A stretch of DNA of 64,000 nucleotides from Acidobacteriota bacterium (GTDB lineage: Bacteria > Acidobacteriota > Blastocatellia > Chloracidobacteriales > JADJPF01). Below the pieces are notes generated by a model. It did no database searches. It saw only the letters and a program-made list of their open reading frames with translations, and was not told the origin of the DNA. This document shows positions 46,442-56,705 of the stretch, piece by piece. The stretch spans positions 15,377-79,376 of the forward strand of contig JACQZQ010000071.1 in the NCBI GenBank assembly GCA_016213785.1, written 5' to 3'. Numbering within the stretch: the first letter of the stretch is position 1; the number at the start of each line of letters is the position of its first letter. A program made the position numbers and the translations under genes.

Positions 46442-47311
46442 TTAATAACGCCAAAGGGCTATTCCACCTAAAATACCTGCTTCATTACTTACAGTACTAA
46501 CATTAGTAGGTAAGTCACCTTGAAGTTTTTTAGCGTTACCCCCGCCAATATAAAGGGCGCGGTAGTTAATAATTCTAGCTAGTAGTTCAATGGCCTTTCT
46601 AACACGTTTATTCCATTTCTTTTTGCCTGCTTTATCTAAGGCAATACGTCCAAGTTGTTCTTCATAAGTACAGTCATTGCGGAAAGGATGGTGAGCAAGT
46701 TCTAGATTAGGAACTAAGCGACCATCAATAAAGAGTGCTGAACCAAGACCAGTACCTAGAGTTAATACAAGTTCTAGACCTTTTCCTTCAATTGCGCCAA
46801 AACCTTGAACATCAGCATCATTAGCTACACGAGTGGGTTTACCTAGGATTTGTGATAGAGTACCAGCTAAATCATAGCCTCGCCAATCTGGGTCTAGGTT
46901 TGGAGCCGTATAAACAACACCACCATGAACTACACCAGGAAAACCTACTGAAATACGGTCAAAGCCTACTGTTTGACTATTAGCCAAAGCTACAATTACA
47001 TCTACAATAGGTTGTGGTTTAGCTGGTTGAGGAGTATCTTGACGAGCACGTTCGGTTAGAGGTTTACCATTTTCATCTAACACCATTAATTTAACACCAC
47101 TGCCGCCAATATCTACAGATAAGGTTTTAGGGCCAGTTGTTTCTGTTGCAGTGCTTTCAGTGGCTGTTGCTGCACTTTCCGCAACTTCTGCTGGAGCGCT
47201 AGATATTGCTTCTGCATGGGCATTTTCAACAGTTTCACTAGGAGTTGCTTCTTGGGTAACATCTTCAACTGCTGGTGTTGGGGGAGTTTTCTTTGATTTT
47301 CTAATAGCCAT
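46442..47311 (-). CDS. ppgK: ROK-family sugar kinase, polyphosphate glucokinase-like, with Ala/Thr/Glu-rich N-extension
   Basis: VDIGGSGVK, TPQPAKP, VGFPGVV, NDADVQG, TLGTGLGSALF, PNLELAH, YIGGGN, NEAGILG. Confidence 0.72.
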   Translation of the reverse strand: MAIRKSKKTPPTPAVEDVTQEATPSETVENAHAEAISSAPAEVAESAATATESTATETTGPKTLSVDIGGSGVKLMVLDENGKPLTERARQDTPQPAKPQPIVDVIVALANSQTVGFDRISVGFPGVVHGGVVYTAPNLDPDWRGYDLAGTLSQILGKPTRVANDADVQGFGAIEGKGLELVLTLGTGLGSALFIDGRLVPNLELAHHPFRNDCTYEEQLGRIALDKAGKKKWNKRVRKAIELLARIINYRALYIGGGNAKKLQGDLPTNVSTVSNEAGILGGIALWRY

Positions 47312-47507
47312 ATTTGTCTGCCTTTCAAAGTGTTGTGATTTGTTAATTAAAGTCCGTTAAAAGATATGAGAGAAAATTCTCTTTATTTGTTAGGAATGGA
47401 AATCTGAAAATCACATTTTAATGCAAAAATATACTTAGTCCAGAGAAAATATAGGATTTTGTCAAAAAATCACCATAATTTGCTATAGCAGATTAAAAAA
47501 CAAATAT

Positions 47508-47759
47508 TTAGAGCTTTTGAGGTGCTAATAAAGATCCTGATTTACTAGCATGTAGATGATCTTGCTCGGGCATTGTATAAAGAGCCAAACATCGTCTACA
47601 CCGATATATAGAGTGTTTGGCTGGAATTTGTTTTTTCAATTCTTCTGTAGCAGTTAAATATTCTTTTAAGTGACCAGCACACATAACACCTTTTTCATTT
47701 TTAACAATACAATTTGTAATTGCTTTTTCCTGCTTAAGTATTTCTATAGCCATTTCCAT
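47508..47759 (-). CDS. Small putative zinc-binding protein
   Basis: C…CAGHLK…YRCRRC pattern; GAGG RBS. Confidence 0.7.
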   Translation of the reverse strand: MEMAIEILKQEKAITNCIVKNEKGVMCAGHLKEYLTATEELKKQIPAKHSIYRCRRCLALYTMPEQDHLHASKSGSLLAPQKL

Positions 47760-47779
47760 AACCTCTAAAATTTTAATTT

Positions 47780-48640
47780 TTAGTGTAAAGCACGACGTTT
47801 TACAATTCCGCCGCTAGTATCGCTAATTGGATGGATAACTAAAAATGCATTTTCATCTATATTATCAACAATATTTCTTAACCCAGGAATTTCTAGTCTT
47901 GTTACAACACAAAACAGTATATTTTGCTCAACTTCTGTCATTCCACCATAGCCTTTGTAGACAGTAACGCCTCGCTCTAATTCGTTTAATATAGCTTGTC
48001 TAATTTCATTGCTTTTAGAAGAAATAATAATAATCCCGTTATATTCTTCAATTCCATTTAAGACAAAATCTAGCATTTTAGAAGCAGAAAAATAAGTGAG
48101 CATTGAATATAAGGCTGTTTCTACTCCCAAAACAAAAGTAGCAAAGGAAAAAATTAATATATTAAGTACTAAGATAATATCGCCTACTGTAGCACCTATT
48201 TTTTTACTTAAAATTAGTGCCATTACCTCTGTGCCATCTAATACACATCCACCTCGAATAGAAAGACCGATGCCTGCACCAAGAAACACACCTCCAAATA
48301 CCGAAGCAAGCAATTTATCCGTAATTGCAACTGGATAAGGCAAAAAAGCTAAACATAGAGATAAACCTAAAATAGCTATTGCACTTTTAATTGCAAAGCT
48401 TTTTCCAATTTGACGATAACCTATAGCAATAAAAGGAATATTAAGAACTACGACTAATAGAGGTAGAGGAATAAAAGATAAAGTAGCAACTAAAATAGAG
48501 ACACCAGTTACTCCTCCATCGATAAAACGGCTAGGAAGTAAAAAGCCTTTTAACCCTAAACCAGCAGATAAAATTCCTAGGAAAATAAAGATTATGCTAG
48601 TTAAATATTTTGTCATAGATTTTTTGCTATCTAAAAACAC
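47780..48640 (-). CDS. YitT/DUF161-family membrane protein
   Basis: FIDGGVTG, LNIPF, GGCVLDGTE, RGVTVYKGYGG, VVTRLE, IDENAF. Confidence 0.9.
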   Translation of the reverse strand: MFLDSKKSMTKYLTSIIFIFLGILSAGLGLKGFLLPSRFIDGGVTGVSILVATLSFIPLPLLVVVLNIPFIAIGYRQIGKSFAIKSAIAILGLSLCLAFLPYPVAITDKLLASVFGGVFLGAGIGLSIRGGCVLDGTEVMALILSKKIGATVGDIILVLNILIFSFATFVLGVETALYSMLTYFSASKMLDFVLNGIEEYNGIIIISSKSNEIRQAILNELERGVTVYKGYGGMTEVEQNILFCVVTRLEIPGLRNIVDNIDENAFLVIHPISDTSGGIVKRRALH

Positions 48641-48745
48641 TATAAAAATTGTCTTAACTAAGACTTTTATATAAAGCTTTTAGCAACGTTACTGCCACAC
48701 CATAGGCGTTTTAAGAGTTAATAATTTTTAATTTATTCTTAGGTC

Positions 48746-50083
48746 TTATAAACCTAACACTTGCTTGATAGTATTTTTTTCTGCCGCTACTTGAACAGGT
48801 CGATTAGCAAAATTTGCCAGAATTTTATCTTGTTGAGAAATTATCTCTATTTTTGTTTGTGATTTTTGGTAAAGCGAATCTAGATGATAATTTACTGTAT
48901 AATCAGGATCTTTAAGTAAGTTACCTGTTAAAATTGCTACTACTCTTTCTTCTTTATCAATTATTCCAGAGCTAACTAGATTGCGAATTCCAGCTAGAGT
49001 AACTGCTGAAGCAGGCTCAGAGCCAATTCCATCACTACCAATTATAGCTTTAGCATCAGCAATTTCTTGCTCAGAAACTTGATGACAACCCCCACCCTTA
49101 CACCAATCTAAAGCACGTAAGGCTTTTTGCCAGGAAACAGGATTACCAATTTTTATTGCAGTTGCTAGAGTTGAGGCTTTTTCCACCATTAAAAGCTTAT
49201 CGCGCTCGCCTTTTGACCACATTTGTGCAAGTGGATTTGCTCCTTCGGCTTGAATAATATGCATTTTAGGCATTCGATCAATTAAACCTAATTGGTAGCA
49301 TTCAGCTAAAGCCTTACCAATAGCTGAACTATTACCTAAATTTCCTCCTGGAACTACAATTCTATCAGGAACTTGCCATGCACATTGTTCCAAAAGCTCG
49401 ATTGCTATGGTTTTCTGGCCTTCTAAGCGAAATGGGTTTATTGAATTAAGTAAATAAAGCTCTGATTCTTGGCTTAGCTCAAGGACAAGCTGCATTGCTA
49501 GATCAAAATCACCGTCAATTTGTAGGGTTTTTGCACCATAATCTAAACTTTGCGAAAGCTTACCATAAGCTATTTGTCCACTAGGAATAAAAACGGCTGC
49601 AAGCATTCCTGCCCTAGCTGCATAAGCAGCCATTGATGCAGAAGTATTCCCGGTGCTAGCACAAGCTACAGCTTTTGCCCCTAAACTCTTAGCCTGTGCA
49701 ATACCTGTAGCCATCCCATTATCCTTAAATGATCCTGTAGGATTTAAGCCTTGATGTTTTAGCAGTAACTTCTTTAACCCTGCATAGCTAGCCGATTTAG
49801 GTGCATCATAAACCGGGGTATTGCCTTCAAATAAAGTTACAATATTTCGCTCATCATTAAGAAAAGGAATTAATTCACGAAAACGCCAAACACCACTTTG
49901 ATCAATTGGAATAAAAGAGCTACGGCGCTCACGGAAGCGATTTTTTAACTCTTGAGCTTCTAGCTTAGGGAAATCATAATTAACATCAAGTAGCCCGTCA
50001 CATTTAGGACAATGGTAGATTTTATTGTTTATTGGGAATTTTTCCTGACAATTTTTATTTATACATTGTAAGTAAGCAGACAT
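48746..50083 (-). CDS. thrC: Threonine synthase
   Basis: EGNTP, NPTGSFKDNG, CASTGNTSAS, NSINPFRLEGQKT, PGGNLGN, ATAIKIGNP. Confidence 0.95.
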   Translation of the reverse strand: MSAYLQCINKNCQEKFPINNKIYHCPKCDGLLDVNYDFPKLEAQELKNRFRERRSSFIPIDQSGVWRFRELIPFLNDERNIVTLFEGNTPVYDAPKSASYAGLKKLLLKHQGLNPTGSFKDNGMATGIAQAKSLGAKAVACASTGNTSASMAAYAARAGMLAAVFIPSGQIAYGKLSQSLDYGAKTLQIDGDFDLAMQLVLELSQESELYLLNSINPFRLEGQKTIAIELLEQCAWQVPDRIVVPGGNLGNSSAIGKALAECYQLGLIDRMPKMHIIQAEGANPLAQMWSKGERDKLLMVEKASTLATAIKIGNPVSWQKALRALDWCKGGGCHQVSEQEIADAKAIIGSDGIGSEPASAVTLAGIRNLVSSGIIDKEERVVAILTGNLLKDPDYTVNYHLDSLYQKSQTKIEIISQQDKILANFANRPVQVAAEKNTIKQVLGL

Positions 50084-50181
50084 AGTTTTTCTTTCTTGTT
50101 TTATCTGAAAATTTATTGCTTGCTATCTTAACAAAAACTTTAATTTTTAATCAAAATTACACCCCTTTTTTAGGAGTAATT

Positions 50182-53100
50182 ATGTTTCCTTTATCAACTT
50201 CGTTTATAAAAAAAATAGCTATTTTCCCTATATTAGTTTTAGTCTTAGTAGCTTATTTACAACAAAATACAAAAGAACCCTTTAATCAAGTAACTTTTCA
50301 ACAAAATTTAACTGGAGAAAATCTACTTTCAAAATCAAACCTTGATAAACTCTATGGTCAACTGCCTTTAGCTTTTGAAGTAAATAAAGGTCAAACAGAC
50401 TCTAGTATTAAATTTATTTCTCATGGCTTTGATTACAACTTACAACTTACTAACAGTACAGTAGCTTTAGTCTCTAACCATAAAAATAATGCTATATTAT
50501 CGTTAGAATTTGTTGGAGCAAATGATAAAGTTAAAGTATTTGGAAAAAATGAGTTAGCTACTAAAACTAATTATTTGTTAGGACAAGATAAAACCCAATG
50601 GCAAAAGGAAATTCCCAGTTATGCCCAAGTTAATTATCAAGAACTCTACCAGGGAATAGACCTACTTTTTTATGGTAATAAAAAGCATTTAGAATATGAT
50701 TTTATTATTGCTCCTAAGATAAATCCTGACGTAATCAAGCTTAAATTTAATGGATTAAAACAAGCCATAAAAATAAACCAAGAAGGTGATTTAGTTTTAG
50801 AAATGGAAAGCGGAACTATTTATCAGCATAAGCCTTTTATTTACCAAGAAATAGCAGGAAATAAAGTTCCTGTTTTGGGAAATTACAAAATAATTGAAAA
50901 CAACCTAGTAGGTTTTTCCTTAGGCGAATACAATGAAAACCAACCTTTAGTTATAGATCCAGAGATTTCTTACTCTAGCTATTTAGGAGGGAGTTTGACC
51001 GATCAGGCTAGTGCAATTGCTGTTGATGAAGCAGGAAATGCCTATATTGTTGGGTCAACAAGCTCTACTAATTTTCCTACTTCAAGCCCCTTACAACGCA
51101 GTTTTGGAGGAGGGCCATTTGATGTTTTTGTAGCTAAATTTAACCCTAAGGCTACAAGTCTTATTTATGCTACTTATTTTGGCGGTAGTAGCATTGATCA
51201 AGGTTTTGATATTGCAGTTGATTCTTCAGGGAGTGTTTATATCACAGGTTTAACTGTATCTAGCAATTTCCCTAATCAAAACGCTATACAACCTAAAAAA
51301 GGAGGTGGAGTGTTTGACGCATTTATAACTAAGCTAAATCCAGCAGGCAATAATTTAGTCTACTCTACTTATTTAGGCGGAAATGACGATGATCAAGCCT
51401 TTTCACTTGCTATTAATAGTAGTGGAGCAGTTTTTGTTACTGGAAGTACAAGCTCTCGTAATTTTCCTGGAATTCAAGGTACAAGCTTAAGTGGTGCGTC
51501 TGATAGCTTTATCACTCAAATTAATTCTCAAGGAAATCAGATTATATATTCACGTTTTCTAGGGGGCAGCGATGAAGAAGAAGGATCAGGAATTGTTGTA
51601 GATTCTAGTAATAACGCTTATGTTATTGGTGATACTTTTTCTAATAATTTTCCTGTTCAAATGCCTGTTCAAACCGCTTTATCAGGTGGGCAAGATGCTT
51701 TTTTAGCAAAATTAAATCCTAATGGAGCTATTCTTTATTCTACTTATTTTGGTGGTAGTAATAATGATGCAGGAATAGATATTGCGGTTGATAAAGATGG
51801 AAATGCTTATCTAACAGGAACAACTAATTCCACTAATTTGCTGGCTAAATCGGCATTGCAAAGAAATCTTGCTGGGGCTACAGATAGTTTTATAGCTAAA
51901 ATTGACGCTACAGGAGCTAATCTTGTCTATTCTACTTATTTAGGTGGAAAAGCAGATGATACAGTTTCAGCTATTGGGTTAGATCCTTTAGGTAATGTTT
52001 ATGTGACAGGAACAACTTTTTCTACAGATTTTCCTACTGTTAAGCCACTTCAAGATAAAAATAGAGGGATGAATGATATTTTTGTATCGGTTCTTGATTC
52101 AACAGGAGGTAATTTTCTCTATTCTACTTATTTAGGTGGAAATGCTCAAGACGTAAGTTTAGCAATGACAGTAGATAAAGATGGGACTGTTTATTTAGCA
52201 GGTTCATCAATTTCAACTAATTTTCCAACAACTGACGCATTCCAAAGAGTTTCTGGGGGAAATTCGGATGCTTTTATAACAAAAATTACTAATGATATAT
52301 CTACACCTCCTGCGCCAGATTTTTCTCTTTCAATTACACCAAACTTGCAAACCATAAGCCCAGGTATGGCTACAAGTTTTACTATTAACTCTAGGGCAAT
52401 TAATGGGTTTAATCAGCCTATTAGCTTAAGTGCTGCAACTAGCCCTAGTAATAATGCTTTAAGTACTTCTTTTTCTAACAACACAATAATGCCTGGAAAT
52501 AGTGCAACGCTTACAGTTAGTACAGCAAATAATGTTAATGCCGCTACATTTAATATCACAATTACAGCTACATCAGGTCAACTTACTCGCACAATTACAG
52601 CAGTAGTAAACATAGTTATACCAGATTTTTCAATTAGTGTTGAACCTTCTACACAAAGTGTTGTGGCTGGAAATCAGGCTACTTTTACGGTTAGAACAAA
52701 GTCTATTAATGGATTTAATAAACCTATTACTTTGGCTGCAAGTGCAAGTCCTAGTGATAGTAGTTTAACTAGTAGTTTTTCTAGTGACACAATTTCTGCC
52801 GATGGAAATGCAATGCTAAAAATAAGTACAACTTCTAGCACGCAACTTACTAGTTTTACTATAACTATAGTAGCAATTGCAGATCAGCTTGTAAAAACGA
52901 CTACAGTAACTTTAGAGGTAACTAGTTCTGCTCCAATGTCAGATTTTAGCTTAAGTCTTAACCCTAGCCAGTTAAATGTATTACGTAAGCAAAGCGGCTC
53001 TTTTAATATAATGATTGTTAGGACAGGAGATTTTTCTGGGAATGTTATGGTTTTAGCTCCTGATACAAAAGCAGCAAAAGTTATTTTAACTCCTACAACA

Positions 53101-53241
53101 CAAAGTACTTCTGGAAATATTGCTAGTTTTAGTTTTAAGATAAAGAGAAAAGCACCTAAAGGAAGTCAAATGCTTACTTTTATTGGACGTGATGATTTGG
53201 GACGTAGCAGATCCGTAACTTTAACATTAAACATACAATAA
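50182..53241 (+). CDS. Exported SBBP beta-propeller repeat protein with C-terminal Ig-like repeats
   Basis: LPLAFEVNKGQ…LEYDF…LVIDP, about 7 YS(T/S)Y(L/F)GG…IAVD…G+T+S+NFP repeats, three DFS(L/I)S Ig-like modules; start ATG 50182 with AGGAG. Confidence 0.88.
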   Translation: MFPLSTSFIKKIAIFPILVLVLVAYLQQNTKEPFNQVTFQQNLTGENLLSKSNLDKLYGQLPLAFEVNKGQTDSSIKFISHGFDYNLQLTNSTVALVSNHKNNAILSLEFVGANDKVKVFGKNELATKTNYLLGQDKTQWQKEIPSYAQVNYQELYQGIDLLFYGNKKHLEYDFIIAPKINPDVIKLKFNGLKQAIKINQEGDLVLEMESGTIYQHKPFIYQEIAGNKVPVLGNYKIIENNLVGFSLGEYNENQPLVIDPEISYSSYLGGSLTDQASAIAVDEAGNAYIVGSTSSTNFPTSSPLQRSFGGGPFDVFVAKFNPKATSLIYATYFGGSSIDQGFDIAVDSSGSVYITGLTVSSNFPNQNAIQPKKGGGVFDAFITKLNPAGNNLVYSTYLGGNDDDQAFSLAINSSGAVFVTGSTSSRNFPGIQGTSLSGASDSFITQINSQGNQIIYSRFLGGSDEEEGSGIVVDSSNNAYVIGDTFSNNFPVQMPVQTALSGGQDAFLAKLNPNGAILYSTYFGGSNNDAGIDIAVDKDGNAYLTGTTNSTNLLAKSALQRNLAGATDSFIAKIDATGANLVYSTYLGGKADDTVSAIGLDPLGNVYVTGTTFSTDFPTVKPLQDKNRGMNDIFVSVLDSTGGNFLYSTYLGGNAQDVSLAMTVDKDGTVYLAGSSISTNFPTTDAFQRVSGGNSDAFITKITNDISTPPAPDFSLSITPNLQTISPGMATSFTINSRAINGFNQPISLSAATSPSNNALSTSFSNNTIMPGNSATLTVSTANNVNAATFNITITATSGQLTRTITAVVNIVIPDFSISVEPSTQSVVAGNQATFTVRTKSINGFNKPITLAASASPSDSSLTSSFSSDTISADGNAMLKISTTSSTQLTSFTITIVAIADQLVKTTTVTLEVTSSAPMSDFSLSLNPSQLNVLRKQSGSFNIMIVRTGDFSGNVMVLAPDTKAAKVILTPTTQSTSGNIASFSFKIKRKAPKGSQMLTFIGRDDLGRSRSVTLTLNIQ

Positions 53242-53359
53242 GGGTTAGCTATTAGAATTTAAGTTTTACAAAAGACATTAGTTTTTTGACCTTGTTAAAT
53301 TATGCCTTTTCAGATAAATTTTCCCTTAAAATAGCAAGCACTTAAAATATATTTAATCT

Positions 53360-55471
53360 ATGTCTAAAGAACAAACACCCCACCCAGGGACATTACTAGA
53401 ATTTACCAGACTGATAAATACATCACTAGATCTAGAAGAAATGCTTAAACATCTTCTTCGTAGCGTATTGGGTTATTTATTGGTAAGCAAAGGGCTAATA
53501 GCAATACAGAGAGAAGATGGAGAATATTCTATATCTCTAGTTCGTGGATTAAAGGAAGTAAAAGCAGGAGATAGATTTGACAAGGATTTAGTAGCTAAGT
53601 TTGGTATTTGCAAAATTTACCCAATAGGCAAAGAAACAAACCCTATAGGATATCTTGGTGTAAGTTCTCGGCTTAGAGGAGAAATGACTTTTGATCAAGA
53701 AGAAATGATATCTGCACTACTAGGAGTTGCTGCTGGTAATATAACTAATGCTATTACACATAAACAAGTTCAAATCCTTAATCAGGAATTAAGACAGAAA
53801 AATCAAGAATTAAGAGCAATTTTAGAGTTTTCCCAAGAATTATCATTAAGTATTGAGCCTGAAAATATTTTAGGGCTTTTAGCTTTAACTTTATGTGGGC
53901 AATGGGCAGTAAAAAGATATTCTGTTATAACTTGGAGAGATCCTTATCAACCTATTTTACGCCAAAAAGGTATTAATATAAAAAATATAAATATCTTAAA
54001 ACAATATCTAGTTGGGCTACCAAAAGTTATTTTTGTTTTAGATCTACCTACTTCAGAACTAAAAGCTACTCTTTTAGAACAAGGAGGAAACATAATTTTT
54101 CCTATAGTAAGTCATAATGCTAAAACTGAAGGTAGCTATGCTACTGAACTTTTGGGAGTAATAATTTTAGGTCAGCGAGCTAAAAAGTCTTATACAAATT
54201 TAGAGTTAGAATTTGGAATTAGTTTAGTTGCACAGGCTTCTGTAGCTTTACAACAAGCTTGGCATGTAAAAGAAATAGTAGATAAAAAACAAAGTGCAGC
54301 TAAACAACTTGGACAAAAACAAGCAGATAAAGTGTTTTCTGCCCTTGTAGATGTTTTACCAGGTACAGTTTTAGATGATAAATATAAATTAGAAAATAAA
54401 ATTGGCTCAGGTGGTTTTGGTGCAATCTATCAAGCTACTCATTTAGGCTTAAATAGCCCTGTTGCTGTTAAAATCCTACGGCCAATGGCTGGAAATAAAA
54501 ATCTAGAACAACTTGCTAGATTTCACCAAGAAGCTATTACAGCTTGTAAATTAAACCATCCTAATGCTGTAAAAATCTTAGACTGCTCTATTTCTAAACA
54601 AGGTATAGCTTATCTAGTAATGGAATTACTCTCTGGGTGTTCTTTATCAGATTTTCTTAAAACTCATGGAGTTTTATCAATAGAGTACTGCGCTAGAATA
54701 ATTTATCCAGTATGTAATGTATTATCACACGCTCACTCTATGTCTATGGTGCATAGAGACATAAAGCCAGAAAATATATTTCTACACCAAAGCCTTGAAG
54801 GTGAAATAATTAAAATCGTAGATTTTGGTTTAGCTAAAATTTATTCAGATAATTCTCTTGAAGAAACTAGAAATTTAACCCAATATGGGGAAATACTAGG
54901 AACACCAGCTTATATTTCTCCTGAAAGAGTAAGAGGAGAAAGATGTGATGGACAAACAGATGTATATAGCTTAGGTATTGTAATTTATGAGATTTTAACT
55001 GGTAAATTGCCTTTTCATTTTAGAGAAAATACCTTTTTCTCTATGGCAATGTCTCATATAACTGATGCTCCTACTCCACTTAGACAGTTTAACCCCAACA
55101 TAGATGAAGATGTTGAAAATATAGTAATGCAAACCTTAAATAAAGAACCTTTTGAACGCCCTACAGCTAAGGACTTAGCTAAATTTTTCCTTCAAATTAT
55201 TGCTAAATCTACAAATCATATTTTTGAGTCTAATAATATTTTAATGACTCCAGACAATCACCTTTTAACTAAAGAGATAAGGAAAGAGACTAGTAGTATT
55301 TATCAGAAAGATACCCAACTCTATGATACTGAAAAATCTACAGAAAATATCCCTGAACAGGTTAAAACTGTAAAAGCTGTTTTTCAAGAAGATTGGTCAA
55401 ATAAAACAAAAATAGATGATAATATTTTAAGTGTTTTAAAAAATGTAAAAAGCAAATCATCTACAGAATAA
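53360..55471 (+). CDS. Tandem GAF-like sensor fused to a Hanks-type Ser/Thr kinase
   Basis: INTSLDLEEML, coiled coil, LGVIILG…AQASVAL; IGSGGFGAIY, VAVK, HRDIKPEN, DFG, GTPAYISPE. Confidence 0.88.
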   Translation: MSKEQTPHPGTLLEFTRLINTSLDLEEMLKHLLRSVLGYLLVSKGLIAIQREDGEYSISLVRGLKEVKAGDRFDKDLVAKFGICKIYPIGKETNPIGYLGVSSRLRGEMTFDQEEMISALLGVAAGNITNAITHKQVQILNQELRQKNQELRAILEFSQELSLSIEPENILGLLALTLCGQWAVKRYSVITWRDPYQPILRQKGINIKNINILKQYLVGLPKVIFVLDLPTSELKATLLEQGGNIIFPIVSHNAKTEGSYATELLGVIILGQRAKKSYTNLELEFGISLVAQASVALQQAWHVKEIVDKKQSAAKQLGQKQADKVFSALVDVLPGTVLDDKYKLENKIGSGGFGAIYQATHLGLNSPVAVKILRPMAGNKNLEQLARFHQEAITACKLNHPNAVKILDCSISKQGIAYLVMELLSGCSLSDFLKTHGVLSIEYCARIIYPVCNVLSHAHSMSMVHRDIKPENIFLHQSLEGEIIKIVDFGLAKIYSDNSLEETRNLTQYGEILGTPAYISPERVRGERCDGQTDVYSLGIVIYEILTGKLPFHFRENTFFSMAMSHITDAPTPLRQFNPNIDEDVENIVMQTLNKEPFERPTAKDLAKFFLQIIAKSTNHIFESNNILMTPDNHLLTKEIRKETSSIYQKDTQLYDTEKSTENIPEQVKTVKAVFQEDWSNKTKIDDNILSVLKNVKSKSSTE

Positions 55472-55512
55472 AGCTTATCATATTACAACATAGATAATTT
55501 CCTAGGCATTGT

Positions 55513-56484
55513 TTATTTACGTCTAAAATAAGTTAAATCATACTCTATAGCCCAACTGTTACCATTGTCGCTAGAAATTTCACCTAATTGTCGTACTTGG
55601 TCAGAAGAGATAGGATAAAAAGTTAATTTACGTAATATTTTTTTACCATCAGATGTTGTGTTTTCTGCCTGAAATTTCATTGAGTTATCCTTAAACTCAC
55701 CAGAAAAATTAATCACATTTCCTTTATCATCTACCCAAGTTTGATGCCATTTTTTAGTTTGATTATTATAGAAATTAAAGCTTTTACCTGTACCACCACT
55801 AGAATTAGTCCAATTTTCTATTAAGGCGCAATCGCCTACTACACGTTGAATTGTATTAGTACCAGCTAGACTACCATCTTGAGTTTTAACATCCCATTCT
55901 CCAACCCAAAAATCAAAAAGCCTTGCCTCTAGACTATAAAGACAGGGGTAGGATGCTTTTTCTACTTTCTTTACTACTTCAGTAAATCTTGTTTCAGAGT
56001 GAAGAGAAATAAAATTCTTATCATTTTTTAGCTGATTAAGCTGATTAAAACCCTTTTCTACAGAGCTTTCAAGCCATTCAATAGCTTTAGTTTTATTTCC
56101 AAGTTGAGCATAAGAACATGCTAAGTTATACATTGCTACAGGGTTATTATTAATTTCTACAGCCCTAGTATAAGCCTCAATAGCCTTTTCATATTTACCT
56201 AAAGCATGATAGCTAAAACCTAACCTATACCAAACTCTACCATCTTTAGAGTCAATATTAGTAATACTTAAGTATGTCTCAATTGAAGCTTGCCAGTCCT
56301 GTTTCTGGAAATGTTGGTTTGCCGTTTGAAGTAAGGTTTGTTTTTTATCAGAATTACTTGAGCTAGTATTTTGTGTATTGCTACTTTGAGCAGTTACTTC
56401 AACTATAGCTAGACTTGTTACTAAGCATATTGTTAAGAGTAAGTTATAAAGTTTCCCTGTTTTATTAGCCTTATAATTTTCCAT
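55513..56484 (-). CDS. Exported TPR protein with C-terminal beta-barrel (DUF1579-like) domain
   Basis: Signal peptide, TPRs (WYRLG, YNLACSYA), FDFWVGEWDV, WHQTWVDD, SSDNGNSW. Confidence 0.8.
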   Translation of the reverse strand: MENYKANKTGKLYNLLLTICLVTSLAIVEVTAQSSNTQNTSSSNSDKKQTLLQTANQHFQKQDWQASIETYLSITNIDSKDGRVWYRLGFSYHALGKYEKAIEAYTRAVEINNNPVAMYNLACSYAQLGNKTKAIEWLESSVEKGFNQLNQLKNDKNFISLHSETRFTEVVKKVEKASYPCLYSLEARLFDFWVGEWDVKTQDGSLAGTNTIQRVVGDCALIENWTNSSGGTGKSFNFYNNQTKKWHQTWVDDKGNVINFSGEFKDNSMKFQAENTTSDGKKILRKLTFYPISSDQVRQLGEISSDNGNSWAIEYDLTYFRRK

Positions 56485-56705
56485 TATTATTTCCCCTAAA
56501 TAAAATACTTAATATAATAAATGCAAACTCAAGGCCAAATAAAAATTAGTTAATTTATCTTGCTAACTCACAAAATATAAAGAGCTTATAAAAATATACT
56601 GTATAAAACCTTATTATTTTATGTTCTATTTTGGGACGAAATTGTTTTAGAATTGGGACTAAAGATATAACTTAAGCTAAGAATATATATGACTTAATAT
56701 TACTT

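Noticed and set aside
7035-47311. Polyphosphate gene cluster (ppx plus ppgK-like)
   Set aside because: The two genes are about 38 kb apart with unrelated genes between them; no evidence of a linked system.
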